Under the pieces are notes generated by a model, which was not told where the DNA came from, did no database searches, and worked only from the letters and a program-made list of their open reading frames with translations. Below are positions 25,736 to 32,000 of a stretch of DNA of 32,000 nucleotides, piece after piece. The stretch comes from Halomicronema hongdechloris C2206 (lineage in GTDB: Bacteria > Cyanobacteriota > Cyanobacteriia > Phormidesmidales > Phormidesmidaceae), in assembly GCF_002075285.3 (NCBI RefSeq), contig NZ_CP021983.2:960001-992000 (forward strand), in the 5' to 3' direction. Both the position numbers and the translations under genes were made by a program. How positions within the stretch are numbered: the first letter of the stretch is position 1; each line of letters opens with the position of its first letter.

Positions 25736-26923
25736 ATGGCCATGCAAGACTCGGCAATTGAGGTAACCCCAGCGGCTCCCTCTGACCAACCCCCAACCGC
25801 CAATAAACAGAATTCGCTATCGCCAGTGGAGGCGGTCAGGCAAATGTTGACCAACCATGCCAGGGAGCGCCAACTTGTTCTGATCCAGGACTTTCCCGAT
25901 CCTGATGCCCTCTCATCGGCCTGGACCTATCAACTCATTGCTCGCACCCACAATATCGACTGCGATATCTACTATTCCGGCACGCTCAGCCACCAGGAAA
26001 ATATTGCCCTAGTGAAGCTGACCGGTTTGCCGGCTCGCCGCTGGCCCCTACAAAAAGCCGATCATCCCGATCTCTCTCAGTACCAGGGCTACGTCCTGAT
26101 TGACACCCAAGGTACCACCAGTCAACTCTCCGCCCGGGCCCAAAAAGCAGGATTGCCCCTACTGCTCGTCATCGATCACCATGCTCCCCAAGGCAAACTA
26201 GAGGCCGAAGTCGTCGACCTGCGGCCCCACATTCGGGCCACAGCCACCATCCTCACCCAATACCTGCAGGAAGGGCTGCTGACCCTCGACCACAACAACA
26301 ACAAACACATCAAATGCGCCACCGCTCTGATGCACGGCTTGCGGGCCGACACCAACCAGCTGATGAACGCCGCCGAGGCCGATTTCCTAGCGGCGGCCTA
26401 TCTCAGCCAAGTCTACGACTCCCAGTTACTCAGTGCCGTGCTCCAGGCCTCTCGCTCTAAGCGGGTCATGGACATCATTGAGCGCTCTCTGCGCAATCGC
26501 AAACTGCAAAACAATGTGTCCATTGCCGGCGTTGGCTATCTGCGCTACGACGACCGAGACGCCATTCCCCAAGCCGCCGACTTCTTGATCACCGAGGAAA
26601 ATGTCCACACCGCCGTAGTCTATGGCATCGTCCACGATGAGGACGAAGAACGGGAAGTGGTGATTGGTTCCCTGCGCACCAGCAAAATCACCCTGGATCC
26701 CGATGAATTCATCAAGGAAGCCTTCGGTCAAGATAATCAAGGCCGCTTCTTTGGCGGTGGCCGCTCCATGGCCGGTGGCTTTGAAATCCCGGTCGGGTTT
26801 CTCTCAGGATTCTATGAAAACAGCGAGTTTAATCGCCTCAAGTGGGAGGTCTTCGATATTCAGGTGAAGCAGAAGCTACTGCGACTGGTGAATCCTGAAG
26901 ACGGCGTGATTAATACCGATTAA
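25736..26923 (+). CDS. DHH/DHHA1 family phosphoesterase (NrnA/RecJ-like fold)
   Basis: 395 aa. Motifs: IQDFPDPDALSSA (motif I DxD), LIDTQG, VIDHH (DHH motif), and a C-terminal GGGRSMAGGF (DHHA1 GGGH-type motif with Arg). Confidence 0.8.
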   Translation: MAMQDSAIEVTPAAPSDQPPTANKQNSLSPVEAVRQMLTNHARERQLVLIQDFPDPDALSSAWTYQLIARTHNIDCDIYYSGTLSHQENIALVKLTGLPARRWPLQKADHPDLSQYQGYVLIDTQGTTSQLSARAQKAGLPLLLVIDHHAPQGKLEAEVVDLRPHIRATATILTQYLQEGLLTLDHNNNKHIKCATALMHGLRADTNQLMNAAEADFLAAAYLSQVYDSQLLSAVLQASRSKRVMDIIERSLRNRKLQNNVSIAGVGYLRYDDRDAIPQAADFLITEENVHTAVVYGIVHDEDEEREVVIGSLRTSKITLDPDEFIKEAFGQDNQGRFFGGGRSMAGGFEIPVGFLSGFYENSEFNRLKWEVFDIQVKQKLLRLVNPEDGVINTD

Positions 26924-27133
26924 TCCCACTAATAGTCATTAGGCAACTAGGATTGTTCGCCATGCTATAGCGCAACGGGCAATTCACGCGATAATTGGGC
27001 TACGCAACTGGCGGCTAGGCCCTGCTCATGCTGCCGATGGTGGTACCCCGGCTCAACTCGCTGGGAGACATCGCTGGTAATGGCAGCCGTGGGGGGTCGC
27101 CGAGCGTAAGTCAATGCATGGGAGCAGTGCAAT

Positions 27134-28306
27134 ATGACCGTATGTGAATACAAGCCAGGTCTGGAGGGGGTTCCTGCTACCCAGTCCGGCATTAGTTATG
27201 TGGATGGCCAGCAAGGCATTCTGGAATATCGCGGCATTAGCATTGAGGAGCTAGCCCTCAAGAGCACCTTCCTGGAAACGTCTTACCTATTGATTTGGGG
27301 AGGGCTGCCCACCAAACCAGAGCTAGAAGAATTCGAATACGAAATTCGTCATCATCGCCGCCTCAAGTATCGAATTCGGGACATGATGAAATGTTTCCCG
27401 GAACGGGGCCATCCCATGGATGCGCTGCAGGCCTGTGCGGCAGCTTTGGGGCTGTTCTACTCGAAACGGGCCCTAGATGATCCCACCTATATTCAAAACG
27501 CCGTAGTCCGCTTGCTGGCTAAGATTCCGACCATGGTGGCAGCCTTCCAGCTGATGCGGAAGGGCAATGATCCGGTGCAGCCCTGCGATGATCTCGACTA
27601 CGCCGCTAATTTTCTCTATATGCTGAATGAGCGGGAGCCGGATCCTCTGGCTGCTCGTATCTTTGACATCTGTCTCACCCTCCATGCCGAACACACCATC
27701 AATGCCTCTACCTTCTCGGCCATGGTGACGGCCTCTACCCTGACCGATCCCTATGCAGTGGTGGCCTCGGCTGTAGGCACCCTGGCTGGGCCGCTGCACG
27801 GTGGCGCCAATGAAGAGGTGATCGACATGTTGCAACAGATTGGCTCCGTGGAAAATGTCCGGCCGTTTGTGGATGAGTGCATCACCCGTAAGTCCCGCAT
27901 CATGGGCTTCGGCCACCGGGTCTATAAGGTGAAGGACCCCCGAGCTACGATTCTGCAGAAGCTGGCGGAGCAACTGTTTGCAAAATTTGGTCGGGATGAA
28001 TATTACGATATTGCCCTAGAGCTGGAGCAGGTAATTTCCGAGAAGCTGGCCCACAAGGGGGTGTATCCCAATGTGGACTTCTACTCTGGCCTGGTCTACC
28101 GAAAGTTAGGGATACCGACGGATTTGTTCACGCCGGTATTTGCGATCGCACGAGTGGCGGGCTGGCTAGCTCACTGGAAAGAGCAACTGGAGGCCAACCG
28201 CATCTTCCGGCCCACCCAAATCTATACCGGGCGACGGAATCAGGCCTACACTCCCCTGGCGGAACGACCTCACCTTTGGGATAAGACCCTGCAACACCAG
28301 GTCTGA
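27134..28306 (+). CDS. gltA: Citrate synthase
   Basis: 390 aa. Motifs: LHAEHTINASTF, GPLHGGANE, MGFGHRVYK..DPR and PNVDFYSG. Confidence 0.96.
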   Translation: MTVCEYKPGLEGVPATQSGISYVDGQQGILEYRGISIEELALKSTFLETSYLLIWGGLPTKPELEEFEYEIRHHRRLKYRIRDMMKCFPERGHPMDALQACAAALGLFYSKRALDDPTYIQNAVVRLLAKIPTMVAAFQLMRKGNDPVQPCDDLDYAANFLYMLNEREPDPLAARIFDICLTLHAEHTINASTFSAMVTASTLTDPYAVVASAVGTLAGPLHGGANEEVIDMLQQIGSVENVRPFVDECITRKSRIMGFGHRVYKVKDPRATILQKLAEQLFAKFGRDEYYDIALELEQVISEKLAHKGVYPNVDFYSGLVYRKLGIPTDLFTPVFAIARVAGWLAHWKEQLEANRIFRPTQIYTGRRNQAYTPLAERPHLWDKTLQHQV

Positions 28307-28451
28307 GGTCAGCCTGAATTAGGCTACCTCAATGGCAGCGACCAGAACTTCTAATAGGTTCCAGGGACACTACTCCCAGATGAATGGGAACGAACACGGT
28401 AGAATGCAGATAAGAAACTTCACAAATTGGACGATCCTGTAGGGCTTACCC

Positions 28452-29570
28452 ATGAACCAAGGCATTGACCTACAAGGCAGTTTCATTAAGGCCCTAGGCG
28501 ATATGGGCCTACCAGCCGGGGCTGCCAAAGCCATGTGGCTTCCCATGCCCATGACCCTAATCTTGGTGTCGGCAACGGTCAGCATCTTTGTCACCGTTTG
28601 GCTAGAGCGCAAGATTTCTGCAGCGGCCCAACAGCGAATTGGGCCGGAATACGCCGGCCCCCTGGGAAGCCTGCAGGCCGTCGCCGATGGGCTCAAGCTC
28701 ATCTTCAAAGAAGACATCATTCCGGCCAAGGCCGATCCCTGGTTATTTACCCTAGGGCCAGCCATCGTGGTCGTTCCCGTATTTCTCTCCTTTCTGATCG
28801 TGCCCTTTGGCCAAAACCTGGTCATCACCGACATCGGCGTCGGCATTTTTCTGTGGATTGCCCTCTCCAGCATTGCCCCCATCGGGCTGCTGATGGCGGG
28901 GTACTCCTCCAACAATAAATATTCCTTGCTAGGGGGGCTGCGGGCGGCGGCCCAATCCATCAGCTATGAGATTCCCCTGGCCCTAGCGGTACTAGCGGTG
29001 GTGATGATGTCCAATAGCCTCAGCACCATCGACATCGTGCAACAGCAGTCCGGCTATGGCATCCTGGGCTGGAATGTCTGGCGTCAACCGGTTGGCTTCG
29101 TTATCTTCTGGGTGGCTGCCCTAGCCGAATGTGAGCGATTGCCCTTCGACTTACCCGAGGCAGAAGAAGAACTGGTGGCCGGCTATCAAACCGAGTATAC
29201 CGGCATGAAATTCGGCCTGTTCTTCGTCGGTTCCTACGTCAACTTGGTGCTATCGGCCCTAATCGTCTCCATCTTGTATTTAGGAGGCTGGAGTTTTCCC
29301 ATCCCCATCGAGTGGATGGCCGGATGGTTAGGGGTCAGCGAAACGGCTCCCTGGCTGCAGGTGGTTGCCGCTTCCCTAGGGATCCTGATGACCTTGTTAA
29401 AGGCTTATCTTCTGGTCTTTCTGGCTATTCTGCTACGCTGGACTGTGCCTCGGGTCCGCATTGACCAATTGTTAGACTTAGGCTGGAAATTCCTGTTGCC
29501 CGTCTCCCTGGTGAATCTGTTGCTAACAGCTGCTCTGAAGCTGACTTTTCCCATGGCCTTCGGCGGGTAG
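28452..29570 (+). CDS. ndhA: NAD(P)H-quinone oxidoreductase (NDH-1) subunit 1 / NdhA (NuoH homologue)
   Basis: 372 aa. Motifs: [46 protein letters not shown] and [24 protein letters not shown]. Confidence 0.96.
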   Translation: MNQGIDLQGSFIKALGDMGLPAGAAKAMWLPMPMTLILVSATVSIFVTVWLERKISAAAQQRIGPEYAGPLGSLQAVADGLKLIFKEDIIPAKADPWLFTLGPAIVVVPVFLSFLIVPFGQNLVITDIGVGIFLWIALSSIAPIGLLMAGYSSNNKYSLLGGLRAAAQSISYEIPLALAVLAVVMMSNSLSTIDIVQQQSGYGILGWNVWRQPVGFVIFWVAALAECERLPFDLPEAEEELVAGYQTEYTGMKFGLFFVGSYVNLVLSALIVSILYLGGWSFPIPIEWMAGWLGVSETAPWLQVVAASLGILMTLLKAYLLVFLAILLRWTVPRVRIDQLLDLGWKFLLPVSLVNLLLTAALKLTFPMAFGG

Positions 29571-29630
29571 CCGACCTCAGCCCTTGCCAGCACCAGATCT
29601 ACATGTAGATCGCACTCACTCTATTTCCCC

Positions 29631-30248
29631 ATGTTGAACTTTCTCAAACAAGTCGGAGACTACGCCAAGGAAAGTGCCCAAGCGGCCAAATACATTGGTC
29701 AAGGACTCTCTGTCACCTTTGACCACATGCGACGGCGGCCTGTTACCGTGCAATACCCCTACGAAAGGTTGATTCCCTCTGAGCGCTTTCGGGGACGGAT
29801 TCACTTCGAATTCGACAAGTGTATTTCCTGCGAAGTGTGCGTCCGGGTTTGTCCCATTAACCTGCCAGTAGTGGATTGGGAATTCAATAGAGAGACCAAG
29901 AAAAAGAACCTGAAGCACTACAGCATCGATTTTGGCGTTTGCATTTTCTGTGGCAACTGTGTGGAGTATTGCCCCACTAACTGTCTCTCTATGACGGAAG
30001 AGTATGATATGTCTACTTACGACCGTCACGAGTTGAACTACGACAATGTCGCCTTGGGGCGCCTGCCTTACAAGGTCACCCAAGATCCGATGGTGACTCC
30101 GTTGCGAGAGCTAGGCTATCTGCCCAAGGGCGTTACTGATCCCCACGATTTACCCGAAGGCTCCCGGCGCGCGGGTAAGCTCCCCCAGGAAATCTTGGAT
30201 GAGATGGAAGCCGACGATGCCGAGGCTAAAGAAGATGCCAAGGCCTAA
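29631..30248 (+). CDS. ndhI: NDH-1 subunit I / NdhI (2x[4Fe-4S] ferredoxin-type)
   Basis: 205 aa. The two clusters are [12 protein letters not shown] and [12 protein letters not shown]. The N-terminus [14 protein letters not shown] is typical of NdhI. Confidence 0.95.
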   Translation: MLNFLKQVGDYAKESAQAAKYIGQGLSVTFDHMRRRPVTVQYPYERLIPSERFRGRIHFEFDKCISCEVCVRVCPINLPVVDWEFNRETKKKNLKHYSIDFGVCIFCGNCVEYCPTNCLSMTEEYDMSTYDRHELNYDNVALGRLPYKVTQDPMVTPLRELGYLPKGVTDPHDLPEGSRRAGKLPQEILDEMEADDAEAKEDAKA

Positions 30249-30358
30249 TGACTAAGGTGATACTGGCCAGTTCACTGGATTGCTGGTCAGAGACCAGTGG
30301 GTACATTCTGGCCAACGTTATAGTGATTGAGTGCTGATTTGAAGGAGAGTCCGCTACC

Positions 30359-30988
30359 GTGACGCTTGCCGAAGGGGTACAACTGGTTTCGTTTGGCCTG
30401 CTAGTAGCCATGATGTTGGGATCGGCCCTGGGGGTGGTCCTACTCGAAAATATCGTCTACTCAGCCTTTCTGTTGGGCGGCGTGTTCATCAGCATGGCCG
30501 GGCTATATATTCTCCTAAATGCGGCCTTCGTGGCGGCAGCCCAGGTTCTGATCTATGTGGGAGCGGTGAATGTACTGATCCTATTTGGAATCATGCTGGT
30601 CAATAAGCGACAGGCATTTCCCCAGGTCAAGTTGGCTTGGATAGGACGAGCCGCTACAGCAGCAGTATGTGCCGGGTTATTTGCCTTACTAACTACAACG
30701 GTACTCAGCACGGGTTGGGCCATTTCTTCGGATGCTCCAGCCGGAGACAGTGCCACAATTTTGATCGGAGAGCACTTTTTCAGCGATTATCTGCTGCCCT
30801 TTGAGCTGGCGTCGGTCCTGCTGTTGATGGCCCTGGTGGGGGCGATTATTCTGGCTCGCCGGGAATACCTGCCTGATGAGGTGCCAGGGGAGCCTATGTT
30901 ACCAGAAGCATTGAAGCTAGCCGAGCGGCCTCGGGAACTCGTATCGGCTGGTCAGTCTTCGTCCCCCAATCCCTCCGACGAAGACTAG
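30359..30988 (+). CDS. ndhG: NDH-1 subunit 6 / NdhG (NuoJ homologue)
   Basis: 209-aa hydrophobic protein. It begins (M)TLAEGVQLVSFGLL and includes AAAQVLIYVGAVNVLILF. The start is GTG at 30359, with GAAGGAG about 11 nt upstream. Confidence 0.9.
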   Translation: MTLAEGVQLVSFGLLVAMMLGSALGVVLLENIVYSAFLLGGVFISMAGLYILLNAAFVAAAQVLIYVGAVNVLILFGIMLVNKRQAFPQVKLAWIGRAATAAVCAGLFALLTTTVLSTGWAISSDAPAGDSATILIGEHFFSDYLLPFELASVLLLMALVGAIILARREYLPDEVPGEPMLPEALKLAERPRELVSAGQSSSPNPSDED

Positions 30989-31102
30989 CGCACTACGGCA
31001 GCCGCAACACTACCGCTGATTCCCCGACCTATGGTCATAGCCTCCTGCGCTGCCATCTACTAACTGTTTGAGTACGTCTTACGTCTGCCCTACCAGTGTG
31101 AT

Positions 31103-31408
31103 ATGCAACTAGAATATTTCCTCATCCTAGCGGCGGCCCTATTCTGCATCGGGGTCTATGGCCTTGTCACTAGCCGTAATGTGATTCGAGTGTTGATGTC
31201 CATTGAGTTGATGCTCAATGCCGTCAACTTGAACTTAATGGCCTTCTCCAATTACTTGGACCCAGCCAGTGCCAAGGGTCAGGTGTTTGCTGTGTTTGTC
31301 ATCACCATTGCTGCAGCAGAGGCGGCTGTGGGCTTGGCCATTGTCTTGGCGATTTATCGCAACCGCGACACCGTAGACATGGAACAGTTTAATTTGCTCA
31401 AGTGGTGA
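31103..31408 (+). CDS. ndhE: NDH-1 subunit 4L / NdhE (NuoK homologue)
   Basis: 101 aa. Sequence: [44 protein letters not shown]...[18 protein letters not shown]. Confidence 0.96.
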   Translation: MQLEYFLILAAALFCIGVYGLVTSRNVIRVLMSIELMLNAVNLNLMAFSNYLDPASAKGQVFAVFVITIAAAEAAVGLAIVLAIYRNRDTVDMEQFNLLKW

Positions 31409-31455
31409 GGTCTTGGCCTCGGGAGACCGACTCCAAGTGGGGAACGATGCCTCAG

Positions 31456-31569
31456 AGGACATTTGAAAACTCGGCTGAAAGCCCTGCAGGGTAAGCGTTT
31501 TAGAGCGTATGGCTCTGTTGACCAGAATCCAGTCTGGAGCAAGGTTGCAGGGTACTTTCCAAATATCCT
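31456..31569 (+). mobile_element. MITE-like non-autonomous element, copy 2 (114 bp)
   Basis: It is identical to 12257-12370 and in the same orientation. It is flanked by direct CTCAG at 31451-31455 and 31570-31574. It lies 47 nt after the ndhE stop codon. Confidence 0.8.
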
Positions 31570-31808
31570 CTCAGTCAGACTGTAGGCGTCAGAAGTTAGG
31601 AATGGTCCTGAAAATGATGTCGGGCTCCTGATTGTTGGGCCCTCCCCTAGTTGTCAACCAATCTGAATTTGGCAGCTCCCGAGCTGATTAATCATGGCCC
31701 AATTCGTGCCGCCATCTATGCGGCCCTCCGGATTTGTCGGATGTGGGCCGTAGATGCAGTCGAAATTCACTACAATTCAAGGGAATATGCCGAGACCTTG
31801 GCCAGATT

Positions 31809-32000
31809 TTGCAGCTGAAGCAAGTCATCATCGTTCACAAGGCAACCAACCGCCTCAGTCAACAGTGGGCCGAGCAATGCGCTGCTGAGCTTGAGGCCCT
31901 GGGGTGTGAGGTTTTACTTGGTCCCAGTGGTCCCAAGGACAATCCTTATCCAGTGTTTCTGGCCTCAGCCCATCGGCCCATCGACTTAGCCATTGTGTTT
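31809..32000 (+). CDS. nadK: NAD(+) kinase, N-terminal part (continues beyond the window)
   Basis: The open frame reads (M)QLKQVIIVHKATNRLSQQWAEQCAAELEALGCEVLLGPSGPKDNPYPVFLASAHRPIDLAIV. This matches the N-terminus of cyanobacterial NAD kinases as I recall them (..KQVII..K......W...CA.ELE..G..VL.GPSG.K.NPYPVFL). The start is uncertain: TTG at 31809 is preferred, and in-frame GTG 31743 or TTG 31734 are possible. Confidence 0.6.
   Translation, partial: MQLKQVIIVHKATNRLSQQWAEQCAAELEALGCEVLLGPSGPKDNPYPVFLASAHRPIDLAIVF

Noticed and set aside
28395-28410. A TAGAAT -10-like hexamer about 45 nt upstream of ndhA, considered as the ndhAIGE promoter.
   Set aside because: There is no convincing -35 element at 17-bp spacing, and single hexamer matches are frequent. 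I do not report it as a feature without transcription start site data.

Overview
The window looks like a core chromosomal segment of a cyanobacterium. Evidence: 10 copies of the HIP1 octamer GCGATCGC, an ndhA-ndhI-ndhG-ndhE cluster preceded by gltA, an arogenate/prephenate dehydrogenase, a pentapeptide-repeat protein, and DUF29 and MNT/HEPN-type small genes. GC content is above 50% by eye.

Most of the window is recognisable housekeeping:
- proV-proW-proX compatible-solute ABC importer (minus strand, proX cut by the window edge)
- sdhC-sdhA
- argG, recA, tyrA, lepA, alr, gltA, ndhAIGE
- the 5' end of an NAD kinase gene
- a PAS/GAF histidine kinase
- an FHA protein, an HNH endonuclease, a DHH phosphoesterase and an AhpC/TSA-type redoxin

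I found no CRISPR array, tRNA or rRNA gene, prophage, or complete multi-gene defence island. I cannot honestly claim a complete novel system.

The most unusual observations:
1. A 114-bp MITE-like element is present twice at 100% identity. It has imperfect terminal inverted repeats and duplicated CTNAG (or TNA) flanks.
2. A 446-bp convergent intergenic region (22960-23405) contains a (GGGGTGAT)x5 G-quadruplex-type array, a GARTTTT heptamer array, and three perfect GC-rich hairpins that all have 6-nt loops.
3. A small gene graveyard lies between DUF29 and argG. It holds a decayed MNT/HEPN pair and a 36-codon cysteine desulfurase 5' stub.
4. Two likely pseudoenzymes are present. One is an epoxide-hydrolase-like alpha/beta hydrolase with the nucleophile Asp replaced. 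The other is a DinG-like protein without a recognisable Walker A or DEAH motif, sitting co-directionally downstream of a pentapeptide-repeat protein.
5. A perfect GTACATATGTAC palindrome matching the cyanobacterial LexA-box consensus lies upstream of recA.

All functional calls come from reading the translated ORFs and recalling family motifs. No database search was run.
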